From NCBI GenBank assembly GCA_964594115.1, contig CAZQLD010000007.1, positions 1 to 53,830 of the forward strand: a stretch of DNA of 53,830 bases. The letters are read 5' to 3'. The notes under the pieces were generated by a model. That model was given only the letters and a program-made list of their open reading frames with translations, was not told the origin of the DNA and did not search any database. This DNA comes from Candidatus Woesearchaeota archaeon. Lineage in GTDB: Archaea; Nanobdellota; Nanobdellia; Pacearchaeales; GW2011-AR1. A program made the translations under genes and the position numbers. Positions 43,401-53,076 of the stretch are shown in pieces; position 1 is the stretch's first letter; the number at the start of each line of letters is the position of its first letter.

Positions 43401-44255
43401 ATGAAAATAATAAAACAAGTGAGAGCTCCTGTTAGGATTGATTTTGCAGGAGGCACAACAGATATTTATCCATTTACTCACTTATATGGCGGAGCTATTT
43501 TAAATGCAGCAATTAGTAGGTATGTTGTTGGAAGAATAGTTAAAACAGACCAAGAGGTGGGATTAGAGTATCATGGGGCTATACCAACATCTTCTGGATT
43601 GGGCACTTCAGGAGTAATGAATCTCGTCTGGCTGGCTTTGATTTCTGAAAAAAATAAATTCAACAGAAGAGACAAGCTGGAATTGGCTGAAAAAGTCTAT
43701 AAATTAGAGCAGAGTCTTGGTGGTGTTGGAGGAAAACAAGACCAGTATGCCTCTGCTCTTGGAGGAATTAATTTTTTAGAATTTAAAAATGATAAAGTAG
43801 AAATAACTCAGTTAAAATTACCAAAAAGTTTTATAAAAGAACTTGAAAGCAATTTAGTTTTAGTTTATACTGGAAAACCACATCTAGCTACAAATTCTAA
43901 CAGAAATATGATGGATAATCTGAAACAAGGTAAAAACAATGAGAATCTCATAAAAATAAAAAATATCGCTATAGAGATGAAAGAGGCTCTTGTTAAAAAG
44001 AACTTACAGAGATTTGCTGAGCTATTAAATCATGAAACAGAAGAAAGAAAAAAACTGCATAGCTCAACTGTTCCTGCTTTTGTAAGAAGAATTATCACAA
44101 AAGGTTTGAAAAATGGGGCTTTTGCTGCTAAGGTTTGCGGCTCTGGAAACGGGGGAAGCATTTTGTTTTTTGGAGATAAAGAAAAGTTAAAACAGATTTT
44201 TAAAAGAAAAGTAATTGATTTTAAGTTTGATTTTAAAGGATTGCATAAATTATAA
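43401..44255 (+). CDS. GHMP-family sugar kinase (HddA/galactokinase-like)
   Basis: APVRIDFAGG-TD, PTSSGLGTSG, GKQDQY and KVCGSGNGG; ATG at 43401. Confidence 0.88.
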   Translation: MKIIKQVRAPVRIDFAGGTTDIYPFTHLYGGAILNAAISRYVVGRIVKTDQEVGLEYHGAIPTSSGLGTSGVMNLVWLALISEKNKFNRRDKLELAEKVYKLEQSLGGVGGKQDQYASALGGINFLEFKNDKVEITQLKLPKSFIKELESNLVLVYTGKPHLATNSNRNMMDNLKQGKNNENLIKIKNIAIEMKEALVKKNLQRFAELLNHETEERKKLHSSTVPAFVRRIITKGLKNGAFAAKVCGSGNGGSILFFGDKEKLKQIFKRKVIDFKFDFKGLHKL

Positions 44256-44266
44256 ATTTTATAATA

Positions 44267-44830
44267 TCAACAATTAACAAAAATAGGAGATTTCTCAAGC
44301 TCTTTGAACTTCTTGACATTGCCAGCTTTTGCAAAGCATGTTTCAATTAATATATTTACTACCTTTTCTAAATTTTTCGCATCTTTCTTAAAACTGTCAA
44401 AATCCCTGAATGTTCTTGATATTGCTCCAAAAGAGCCTAAGCTAATTAATCTTTCTCTTATATTTGAATCTGGTTCAAAGATAGATATATACTTTTGATT
44501 GTTGCCATCTAAAATATATGCTTCTCCATCTGGTCCCAGTTCAGACCATTTATCTCCAAATTTTTCTCTTAATGGTTCAGAAAGATTTTCAAAAATATAA
44601 GCTTCTTTTGCTAATAATGAAAAATGAACTGAGTAAACAGTTCTCCTTCTTTTGAAATTAAGTTCTCCTTGTTTTAAAGGCAAAGAAAGTGGAGCTGAAG
44701 GGTATTCAATAAATCTTTCAGAAGCTTCTGGGCAATTTTCTATTGATGTTTCACAATCGTATAACCCTGTTTCACAAGGAAAGAGTAAATCAGCATAAGC
44801 GATATTTAAATGTCCAAATATGACACCCAT
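44267..44830 (-). CDS. Hypothetical protein
   Basis: 187 aa; leaderless with TATA at 44853-44860. Confidence 0.6.
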   Translation of the reverse strand: MGVIFGHLNIAYADLLFPCETGLYDCETSIENCPEASERFIEYPSAPLSLPLKQGELNFKRRRTVYSVHFSLLAKEAYIFENLSEPLREKFGDKWSELGPDGEAYILDGNNQKYISIFEPDSNIRERLISLGSFGAISRTFRDFDSFKKDAKNLEKVVNILIETCFAKAGNVKKFKELEKSPIFVNC

Positions 44831-44875
44831 AAATAGCTTAGAGTTAGGATATTTATAAATATTTATGTAATGAAT

Positions 44876-46012
44876 TCACCAGAACTCTTCATAGATTTTA
44901 AATGTTTTTTTTGCTATAATGCTCCAGCCACTGGTTTTTTTAACATAGTTTAAAGCATTTTTAGAGTATTTTTCTCTGAGCTTTTTGTTTTTTAGGAGTT
45001 TTATTATTGCTTTATAAAACTTCTTTTTGTCTTTAACAGCAATTCCTGCTTTGCTGTTTCTTATTTCTGCTCCTAACCCCTCAATATCTGTGACTATTGA
45101 AGGAGCACCAACAGAAAATCCGTGAGCTAAAACACCTGATTGGCTTTCTTGCTTATAAGGCAGAATATGGACATCAAAACTTTTTAATCTTCTGTAAAAT
45201 TCCATTCCACTATAATTTCTTACAGCAAACTCTATATTCTGGCTGACCGGACTTTTCATGATTTCTTCTAAAACCTTATCTATATAGTCTCTTGTCTCCA
45301 TAACTACTTCTGGTTTTAGTTCAAGGGCAAGGATAGCATTTGGAACTTTTCTAACTACTTTAGGCCATTGCCTTATTAATGTCCTGAACCCTTTTCTTTC
45401 GCTTGCTAATCCAGCAGTGCCCACAACTAAGTCCTCATCTGTATAGCCGAATCCGTTTCTTACTTCTTTTCTGTTTAATTTTATATCTTCTCTTGAGCCG
45501 TGTGGTAAAACATAAACGTTTTGTGGCTCCCATCCTATATTCTTTTTTAAAGCTTTTTTTTGATAGTCTTCATGCAAAATTCCTGCATCAAGCTTTTTTA
45601 GAGTTTTACTAACAAAATTAGCGAAATTAGGACTTAATTTTTCATAAACACTATGATATGTCATCACAACAGGAAATTTCTCTTTTTTTATCATTTTGAT
45701 TAATTCAATAACTCTTTTGTTATTATCTCCATAAGTCTCGTATAAGCCGTATTCATGCTGGATGTGAACAATATCTGGTTTTATTTTTTTTATTGCTCTT
45801 AGGACTTTATAATGCCATCTTTTATCTTTTTTATTGTCAATTATTGGATAGTCTGCTTTTTTTGCATCAGTATGAGCTATAATTTTAAAAGAAACTTTTT
45901 TCCTGGTTTTTTTAGCATATTCTTTTAAAGCAGAAATATAATGTGAAGAATAGTAAGCTATCCCGCATGAGCGGGGCAAGTAACTGCTTATCCACACCAC
46001 TTTTTTTACCAT
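44876..46012 (-). CDS. Glycosyltransferase family 4
   Basis: SYLPRSCGIA, HIQHEYG and SQSGVLAH; paralogous to the N-terminal half of 46060-48303. Confidence 0.88.
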   Translation of the reverse strand: MVKKVVWISSYLPRSCGIAYYSSHYISALKEYAKKTRKKVSFKIIAHTDAKKADYPIIDNKKDKRWHYKVLRAIKKIKPDIVHIQHEYGLYETYGDNNKRVIELIKMIKKEKFPVVMTYHSVYEKLSPNFANFVSKTLKKLDAGILHEDYQKKALKKNIGWEPQNVYVLPHGSREDIKLNRKEVRNGFGYTDEDLVVGTAGLASERKGFRTLIRQWPKVVRKVPNAILALELKPEVVMETRDYIDKVLEEIMKSPVSQNIEFAVRNYSGMEFYRRLKSFDVHILPYKQESQSGVLAHGFSVGAPSIVTDIEGLGAEIRNSKAGIAVKDKKKFYKAIIKLLKNKKLREKYSKNALNYVKKTSGWSIIAKKTFKIYEEFW

Positions 46013-46059
46013 TTTAAAAATAGAAAAACCTTATTTAAATATTTTAGGGTTTTAAGAAT

Positions 46060-48303
46060 TTACTTGTTTTTGTTTCTTTTAGTCTCTTCCAACATTAATC
46101 TTGCTATAAGGTATGATGCTGTTGATTCTGCTCCTTTATTTAAATTTAAGGTATTCTCTGATAACCCGTCATAACATCCACCTGTTGCTTCATCATAAAC
46201 CATTTGTTTTAAATGGTTTTTTCCTAAAAACCAATTAAATGCTAAAACTGCTTTATTGTAATATTCTTTATCTTTTGTAATAGAATAAGCAGTCAAAAGG
46301 GTCTGAACCATACAAGAAGTATCTAGTGGTTGCTGGTCAAAAAAAGACCTTTTGCCTTTTCTATTATACCATCCATTTTGCCCTACTGGCGATAGCTGAT
46401 TATCAATAAAAACAAGCTCTGATAAGAATTTTAAGGTTTTTTGAGCAATCTTCAGATATTTTTCATTTTTTGTTATTTCATATGCTAAAAAAAGTGCTTC
46501 TGGAAGTTTTGAATTTGAGTAAGTTAGATAACTTTCAAACCAATGCCACTCTTTTGACGATTCAGCGTCATATGAATCAAGTAAAAAATTTGCCAGTTTT
46601 CTTATTTTTAAAAAACTTTTTTTATCTTGGTACCTTGTATAGTGATGATAAAGGCCAATTATCGAAAATGCCTTTGCTCTAGGTGACTCTAATTTTCCAA
46701 TTAAGTTATAAGCGCAATTAAAGATTTTTTCTGCTTGTTCTAGAATCTTTGGACTATCTTGTTTAGCAATGGCGTATCCCAAAGACCATATTGCTCTTCC
46801 AAAAGCATCTTCACTGCAAGGGTCTAGAACTGCATTTTCATTGTGGTGATTATTTGTAAAGTTTCCATCTTTTCCTTGCGTATGCTCTAGGAAATTCAAG
46901 TAAATCCTGATCAGATTTAAAGAGTATTTTGACTTAAAGAGGTTATGATGGAGTGTAGCTGCGATTAATGCTCTTGCGTTATCATCTACTGTATAACCTG
47001 AGCTTTTGTCAGGTCCAGAAAATTTTGAGAACTGTATACATCCAAAATCATCTGTTAGGGTCCTTAAATAATCTAATTTTATAGCTGGGAATTTATCAGT
47101 AGTATCTGCTCTTAATTTAGTCACTTTGTTGAAAATATTTAGGTAGCGAGAGGCTACATTAGGCCAGGTCATTGATCTTCCTAAAAAATAAGCATTTTTT
47201 TCTATTTGACTTCTTAGTTCATCATCAGACAGTATTTTGTCTATAGCTTTAGTAAAAGAATCAGGATTTCTGAAATTAGCTAAGAGCCCTCTTTCTTGAG
47301 ATAAGATTTCTTTTGCATATGTACTTGAGGTAGAGACTATTGCTTTCCCACATCCTAAAGCATAAGAAAGAGTTCCAGAAACTATCTGATGCTTGTCAAG
47401 GTTAGTGCATATATAGATATCTGTTGCAAGAAGGTAGTGTATTATTTCCTGTAAGCTTAAATATTTATTATAAAATTTAACATTATTTTTTAATTTAAGT
47501 TCTGCAACAAGTTTGATAAGCTCTTTTCTGTATTCTTCTCCTTCTCTTTCTCTTACTACTGGATGGGTCTCTCCTATAACTAAGTAAAGAAGATTTGGAT
47601 ATTTTTTAACTAGTGAAGGAAGAGCTTTAATCATATACTCTATTCCCTTGCCCCTACTTAATAAACCAAAAGTGGATAGAACTATTTTATTATCTAATTT
47701 TAATTTCTTTTTATAGAAGTTAGGTGAACGAAAAGACGTATTAGGTATTCCATGAGGTATAACATGAATTTTATCCTTGTTTACTCCATAATCTTTATGA
47801 AGTATGTCAACTGCAATATTTGCCATTACTATTACTGCTGAACACTTGGAACAGATAAATCTTACTACTTTTCTTCTTATGTCGTCGGGTTTTGATAAAA
47901 CACTATGAAAAGTGACTACAACTGGTTTTTTAATTGTTTCTAAAAAAGGAATTAAGTAACTTCCATAATTTCCTCCAAATAATCCAAATTCATGCTGTAT
48001 GCAGACTAGTTTAATACTTTTTGAATTGTTTATTTTTTTTGCAATATTTATGTATTCTTCAATATCCTGCTTGTTAAGCTGTGTAAGCACCTTATTACCG
48101 TAATTATAGAAATCTGTTTCATCATTTAGGGCTATCACCCTGCTTTTTAATTTTGGATTCCATTTCTTATCCATGGCAAAGACTAGGTCTTTTGTAAAAG
48201 TGGCTATTCCACACTCTTTTGGAGGGAAATTGCTGAGAAAACATATTTTAGAATGATTAAGACTCTCGCTCAGATCCCCTTCTTCTCCATCTTCTTTTTC
48301 CAT
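46060..48303 (-). CDS. GT4 glycosyltransferase fused to a C-terminal six-hairpin glycosidase-like domain
   Basis: FPPKECGIATF, QHEFG and SGTLSY; C-terminal QFSKF...GYTVDDNARAL, EDAFGRAIWSLG, DQQPLD and NKGAEST. Confidence 0.88.
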   Translation of the reverse strand: MEKEDGEEGDLSESLNHSKICFLSNFPPKECGIATFTKDLVFAMDKKWNPKLKSRVIALNDETDFYNYGNKVLTQLNKQDIEEYINIAKKINNSKSIKLVCIQHEFGLFGGNYGSYLIPFLETIKKPVVVTFHSVLSKPDDIRRKVVRFICSKCSAVIVMANIAVDILHKDYGVNKDKIHVIPHGIPNTSFRSPNFYKKKLKLDNKIVLSTFGLLSRGKGIEYMIKALPSLVKKYPNLLYLVIGETHPVVREREGEEYRKELIKLVAELKLKNNVKFYNKYLSLQEIIHYLLATDIYICTNLDKHQIVSGTLSYALGCGKAIVSTSSTYAKEILSQERGLLANFRNPDSFTKAIDKILSDDELRSQIEKNAYFLGRSMTWPNVASRYLNIFNKVTKLRADTTDKFPAIKLDYLRTLTDDFGCIQFSKFSGPDKSSGYTVDDNARALIAATLHHNLFKSKYSLNLIRIYLNFLEHTQGKDGNFTNNHHNENAVLDPCSEDAFGRAIWSLGYAIAKQDSPKILEQAEKIFNCAYNLIGKLESPRAKAFSIIGLYHHYTRYQDKKSFLKIRKLANFLLDSYDAESSKEWHWFESYLTYSNSKLPEALFLAYEITKNEKYLKIAQKTLKFLSELVFIDNQLSPVGQNGWYNRKGKRSFFDQQPLDTSCMVQTLLTAYSITKDKEYYNKAVLAFNWFLGKNHLKQMVYDEATGGCYDGLSENTLNLNKGAESTASYLIARLMLEETKRNKNK

Positions 48304-48381
48304 TTTTTTGTTACCAAAATAAGAAAATATTGATTTAAAAACTCTTCTTTTTTTTGTCTATTTTTGGAGTAGTAAAAAAAA

Positions 48382-49530
48382 TTAATCAACTTCTACATTG
48401 ATTTTGATTAAATCCCCTTTGATTGAGCTGATTATTTCATTCAAATTTCCCTTAATTTTAACAGCTTTTTTTTCTTCAAGAAGTTTTTTTGAGTTTAAGA
48501 TATTGAGTTCTAATTTTATCTTTTTTATCATATTTTCTAATTCTGCAATTCCTGTTTCTTCAATTGCAATACTGTTAATCTCTTTCTCATTTTTAGTTAT
48601 ATCCTGTATCTTATTCAGTATCTCAGGATTTTGTAGTTTAGACTCTTTAAGTAAAGAGAGAATATCCTCTCCTTTTGTTTTTTGAAAAGTTTGTTTGAAA
48701 TTCCCTTTATAGGCTTTTATTATGCTCATTTCTTTTTCAAAACTGTGGAAAAAATTAGCAAGAGCCTTGAAATCCAGCATTTCTCTTAATCTTTCAGTAT
48801 CCTTATCTATTTCTTGTTTTTTTTCAATAAGAATCTGTTTTTTCTTATTTTCAGCAAGAAATTTCTCAGAGCTCTGGATTTTTTCAATTTCTTTTTTTTG
48901 GAGTTTAATACTATTGTTTAAATTTAGTATTTTTTCATTATATTCCCCGACAACCTGTTCAATATTTGATTTTGTTTTTTCAACTTCAGAAAATTTTTCC
49001 ATTTTTTCTCCAACCAGGGAGATTATTTTTGATTTTTCAATCAGTTCTTTGTTGTCTTTGAGGATTTTTTCCAGGGCTTTGAAAAAAGCCCTTATGCTCT
49101 CTTTAGTATTTCCCAGTTCCTTGCCAATAAGAAAAGTTGCTTTTTCAAAACTTATTGAGGATTTTTTTTCAAATTCAGCAAAAACAGAGTTTATTTTCTC
49201 GATAGTCTGTTCAGATTTTTCATTTATTTCTTTTAATTTGCCTAGTAGCTTATTGAGATAGTAAATGTAATTATCTAGATTTTCTTTTACTATTAGCTTG
49301 ATTTTGTCTTCAGCTTTTTTTTCATTTATATTTATTTTCTTAAGTGCAAGAGTTTTTTCTTCAAGTTCCTGGATAAGCTGGGAAATTCTTGTCTGGATAG
49401 TTTTTAAGAAATTATCTTCTTGCTCTTTAATTTCTGTTTTTTTATTTTTTAGCCATGGCTGAAGCTCAGAAAATTTTATCCTTTCAGCTTCAATAGGTTC
49501 TTTTTTTTTAAAAAAGTTCCAAAATCCCAT
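48382..49530 (-). CDS. Long coiled-coil protein
   Basis: K/E/I/L heptad-rich over about 380 aa. Confidence 0.75.
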   Translation of the reverse strand: MGFWNFFKKKEPIEAERIKFSELQPWLKNKKTEIKEQEDNFLKTIQTRISQLIQELEEKTLALKKININEKKAEDKIKLIVKENLDNYIYYLNKLLGKLKEINEKSEQTIEKINSVFAEFEKKSSISFEKATFLIGKELGNTKESIRAFFKALEKILKDNKELIEKSKIISLVGEKMEKFSEVEKTKSNIEQVVGEYNEKILNLNNSIKLQKKEIEKIQSSEKFLAENKKKQILIEKKQEIDKDTERLREMLDFKALANFFHSFEKEMSIIKAYKGNFKQTFQKTKGEDILSLLKESKLQNPEILNKIQDITKNEKEINSIAIEETGIAELENMIKKIKLELNILNSKKLLEEKKAVKIKGNLNEIISSIKGDLIKINVEVD

Positions 49531-49552
49531 TTTTTTGTTAAGAAAAATGCTA

Positions 49553-49672
49553 TTATAAATTTAATTGAGAAAATCTTTTTGCCAAGTTCTCTTCTTTTTC
49601 AGGTTCTCTAAATACAGGAGTTGCTACGTAAACAGTATCTCCTTGTCCTATTCTAAACTCTTTTTTTGCCAT
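49553..49672 (-). CDS. Putative 39-aa small protein
   Basis: Manual translation MAKKEFRIGQGDTVYVATPVFREPEKEENLAKRFSQLNL; TATA-like TTTAAAAA upstream. Confidence 0.4.
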   Translation of the reverse strand: MAKKEFRIGQGDTVYVATPVFREPEKEENLAKRFSQLNL

Positions 49673-49713
49673 GTGAAAATATAGTTTTATGATTTTTAAA
49701 GATTTATATTCTA

Positions 49714-50949
49714 TTAAGCAACTTTCTTAACCTTCTCTTTATTCTTGATTATTTGCCTTCTTAATTTTCTGAATTCTGATAAAAATTCTTGTTTTGGGGT
49801 ATCTGAATGCTTGGAGATGATTTTATCATAAATATCTTCAGCTGATGAACAATAAATCAAAGCAGTTCCTGTATGCTGGCTGTTTTCAACAGCCAATTTT
49901 CTTGAAACCTCATATTTCCTGCTTATTAAATAGTTAACTCTTGTTTGAAAATCTCTTGCTCTTCCTGCTCCTTTTTTGTTTCTTATTCTTGTTTTTATTG
50001 AAGCGTATTTTTCATATTCTTCATGACTTCTAAAATCCCCTCTCCTGGATTTTCCATAAAATGGTTTTGGAGGATGATACTCTATAAAACTCCTATTTAC
50101 TAAAAAATCTATTATTCCTGTTTTTATATCAATTTGCCATGTTTTTCCTTTTTCTATTTTCCATCTAGGAATATATTTTTCAAATAGTGAAGCAAGAGCA
50201 GCTTCTGATGCTGAGTGGTAGTTATTTTTGTTGTGGGAGATATTCATATTTCTTTCTGCAAGTATTCTAGCATTTTTCTTGCTAAGCTTAGATTTTTGTT
50301 CAAAAGTCCAACTATGGATTCCTTTTCCAGAGTTATAGACTGCTAAGCCTATATTCCTTTTTTCCTGAGCACTCAGGGCATGAACTCCTTTTTTTAATTT
50401 AGTAGCTCTTCTTCCTCCTTTTTTAGCTATAGTTATTTTTTCTTTTTCTGTTAAACCATGAATTCCTGTTCCTTGCTCATATGCGTTTAATCCAATTTTT
50501 CTTTTTTCTTTTGTGCTTAAACTGCAAAATCCGGTTTTATTCTTTGCATTAGATTGTCCTCCTTTTTTAGCATTTGCAGTTGTTTGACCTTTGCTTAATC
50601 CATGTATTCCTAATCTTTCTCTGAGTATCTTTCTTCCACCTTTTTTTCCTGCTTCTGATAATTGTTTAGAACTTAACCCAAAAATACCTTTTCCTAATCT
50701 TATATTTTCTTTTGCATTTTCCTTAGAATTAGCACTAATGATTTTGCGCGTCCTGTAGTTTCTTTCATTTTCAGGAAGCTCCCTTAAATATCTTGTAACA
50801 GAAGTTTTAGAAATTCTTAATCTTTCGGCTAGTTTTTGATTAGTTGCAAAAGACTCAAGATCCCCTAACTGGTGCATTTCAATTTCCCGTAGGACTAACT
50901 CAATTAGTGCAGTTTTGTTATCTATTAATATGTTATTGGGCGATATCAT
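49714..50949 (-). CDS. HTH plus tandem KGG-like repeats plus putative PD-(D/E)XK nuclease domain
   Basis: N-terminal NQKLAERLRISKTSVTRYL; six GI(H/F)xL...KGG-type repeats; C-terminal HSASE...IIDFLV...FIEYHPP. Confidence 0.7.
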   Translation of the reverse strand: MISPNNILIDNKTALIELVLREIEMHQLGDLESFATNQKLAERLRISKTSVTRYLRELPENERNYRTRKIISANSKENAKENIRLGKGIFGLSSKQLSEAGKKGGRKILRERLGIHGLSKGQTTANAKKGGQSNAKNKTGFCSLSTKEKRKIGLNAYEQGTGIHGLTEKEKITIAKKGGRRATKLKKGVHALSAQEKRNIGLAVYNSGKGIHSWTFEQKSKLSKKNARILAERNMNISHNKNNYHSASEAALASLFEKYIPRWKIEKGKTWQIDIKTGIIDFLVNRSFIEYHPPKPFYGKSRRGDFRSHEEYEKYASIKTRIRNKKGAGRARDFQTRVNYLISRKYEVSRKLAVENSQHTGTALIYCSSAEDIYDKIISKHSDTPKQEFLSEFRKLRRQIIKNKEKVKKVA

Positions 50950-50970
50950 AGAAATTGAGGTAAATAGAAA

Positions 50971-51010
50971 CTTAAAAATCTTTTGTTTTTGTAATTATTA
51001 TAAAGTGATA
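50971..51010 (-). promoter_or_regulatory. Conserved extended promoter, copy 3
   Basis: 33/40 identical to 31461-31500, including gtaattattataaagtgata. Confidence 0.65.
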
Positions 51011-51016
51011 AAAATA

Positions 51017-52297
51017 TTATCTCCTAGATCTTGGTCTTCTAGGTCTGTTATTTCTGGATTCTCTTCTTGTTCCCCTATTACTATGCCTAGAGTCTCCTCT
51101 TGAATCTCTTCTTGGTCCTTGATTGTTATTTCCAAAATTTCTTCTTATTCTTAGTTGCTTTCTTTCAGGTATCCATTTTATCATTACTTTTTTGATAAAG
51201 GGGGTTTTTTCCAGAATCATATTAAAGTCTCCTTGCATTAAGGCCTGAAAATTCTCATAATCTCTGCTTGCAAGAACATTTATTACTTTTCCTTCTTTTC
51301 CTGCTCTTGCAGTTCTTCCTATTCTGTGAATATACTCTTTTTTTGTTGGAGGGATATCATAATTGTAAATATGGCTTACTCCTTTGATATCTAAGCCACG
51401 TGCTGCGACATCTGTTGCTACAAGAACATGCACTTTCCTAGAATGAAAATGCTCCATAATACGATTTCTTTTATCTTGTGAATATCCTCCATGTATTGGA
51501 AGAGACTCAATTCCATTGAGTTTAAGGTTTTTTGCAATAAAATCAACATTTCTCCTTGTATTGCAGAAAATCATGACAAGTTTGGATTTCTCGTTTTCTA
51601 AAAGGTATACTAATAAGGAGTATTTTATATTATCAGGAACATCATAGTATGTCTGTTTTAGTTTTTTTGGGTCAACATTAGGAGTAGCAGAAATCTCTAG
51701 AGGATTATTCATGTATCTTTGAGCTAGTGTGACAATATCATATGAGATTGTTGCAGAAAAAAGCAAAGTTTGACGGTTTTTTGGACAATTTTTAACTATT
51801 TTTCCGACGTCTTCTATAAATCCCATATCTAACATACGGTCTGCTTCATCTAAAACCAGTGTGTTTACTCTTGTAAGATTAATTGAGTTTCTGGTGATAT
51901 GATCAAGTATTCTTCCAGGAGTTCCTACAACAATATCTGCTGTATTAAAGCCCCTTATCTGATTGTGCAGAGATACTCCTCCATAAACTGGAATAACTTC
52001 TAAGTTACTGTATTTTGAAGAAATTGAGAGGTGTTTAGCTATTTGTTCTGCTAATTCACGGGTAGGAGTAAGAACAAGCCCTTGGATTCCATACCCTTTT
52101 TTTATATTATGAATTAAGCCTGCTGCAAATGCAAGAGTCTTTCCTGAGCCAGTTGAAGCTCCTGCTATAACATCTCTACCTTTCAGAATCATAGGCATTG
52201 ATTTTTCCTGTATTTCTGAAGGAGTTTTAAATCCCATATCTTTAATAGATTTGAATAAGGGATTGTCTTTTCCTAATAACTTTTCAAATTGTTCCAT
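51017..52297 (-). CDS. DEAD-box RNA helicase
   Basis: Q motif, STGSGKT, PTRELA, DEAD, SAT, ATDVAARGLD and HRIGRTAR; Arg-rich tail. Confidence 0.97.
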   Translation of the reverse strand: MEQFEKLLGKDNPLFKSIKDMGFKTPSEIQEKSMPMILKGRDVIAGASTGSGKTLAFAAGLIHNIKKGYGIQGLVLTPTRELAEQIAKHLSISSKYSNLEVIPVYGGVSLHNQIRGFNTADIVVGTPGRILDHITRNSINLTRVNTLVLDEADRMLDMGFIEDVGKIVKNCPKNRQTLLFSATISYDIVTLAQRYMNNPLEISATPNVDPKKLKQTYYDVPDNIKYSLLVYLLENEKSKLVMIFCNTRRNVDFIAKNLKLNGIESLPIHGGYSQDKRNRIMEHFHSRKVHVLVATDVAARGLDIKGVSHIYNYDIPPTKKEYIHRIGRTARAGKEGKVINVLASRDYENFQALMQGDFNMILEKTPFIKKVMIKWIPERKQLRIRRNFGNNNQGPRRDSRGDSRHSNRGTRRESRNNRPRRPRSRR

Positions 52298-52448
52298 ATT
52301 TAAACAAGTAAAGTCAAGAAATAGCTAAATGTATTTCTTTAACAATTAAATAATTTAATATATTATTTATTTACTACCAATTAATCAAAAAAACATGGTT
52401 TATAAATGTATGCTCCAAAAATTATTTAAATAGAACTTTCTTATATTA

Positions 52449-52784
52449 ATGATGAAAAATTCAGGTGTGAGAAAATCAGGTATAAAAAAAGAGGGCAAAT
52501 ATATACTCCTTATGCTCTTTACAGCTCTGATAGTGAGTAATGTGCTTTTATGGAGTTTTTTTGATAAATTAAAAGATACTGTTATTGATGTGGAAAATGA
52601 GCTTGCAAGAGAGAAGAGAGTCCATTTCAGAGAGTCGCAAACAACAACCTCACAAAGAGATGTAAATGATTTTTGCGCGGATTTATGTAGAGATAGAAAT
52701 TATGATGGTTGGAATAGTGGAACGCCAGTCCATAATGGTTCTGTTTTTATCTATGAGTGCGAGTGTTATATGGTTGTGAGATAG
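52449..52784 (+). CDS. Single-pass membrane protein with Cys-containing C-terminus
   Basis: One TM; CADLC...ECECY. Confidence 0.65.
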   Translation: MMKNSGVRKSGIKKEGKYILLMLFTALIVSNVLLWSFFDKLKDTVIDVENELAREKRVHFRESQTTTSQRDVNDFCADLCRDRNYDGWNSGTPVHNGSVFIYECECYMVVR

Positions 52785-52789
52785 AGAAA

Positions 52790-53029
52790 TTAAGCTACTA
52801 ATCTTTCAGTGTTATTAGAATAAACTTCTAAGGTAAATTTTGTTCCCTCTGTAAAAGTCCCTTCCCAGCCAAGTCTGGTTAAATACTCTGTAAAACCATC
52901 TAGTGGTTGGGTGCTATGAATAAACCTATCACACTGGGTTGCAGGGCAGTATCCTGCATCTTCTTCTAAGGTTATTTTATCTCCTTTGATAGATAAAACA
53001 GTGCATTCTATAGTAAGTTCAGGTTTCAT
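52790..53029 (-). CDS. Hypothetical protein
   Basis: 79 aa; TATA about 26 nt upstream. Confidence 0.55.
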   Translation of the reverse strand: MKPELTIECTVLSIKGDKITLEEDAGYCPATQCDRFIHSTQPLDGFTEYLTRLGWEGTFTEGTKFTLEVYSNNTERLVA

Positions 53030-53076
53030 ATATATTGTAAGAATTAATTTAATTTAAATCTTACTATATTTCAGTT

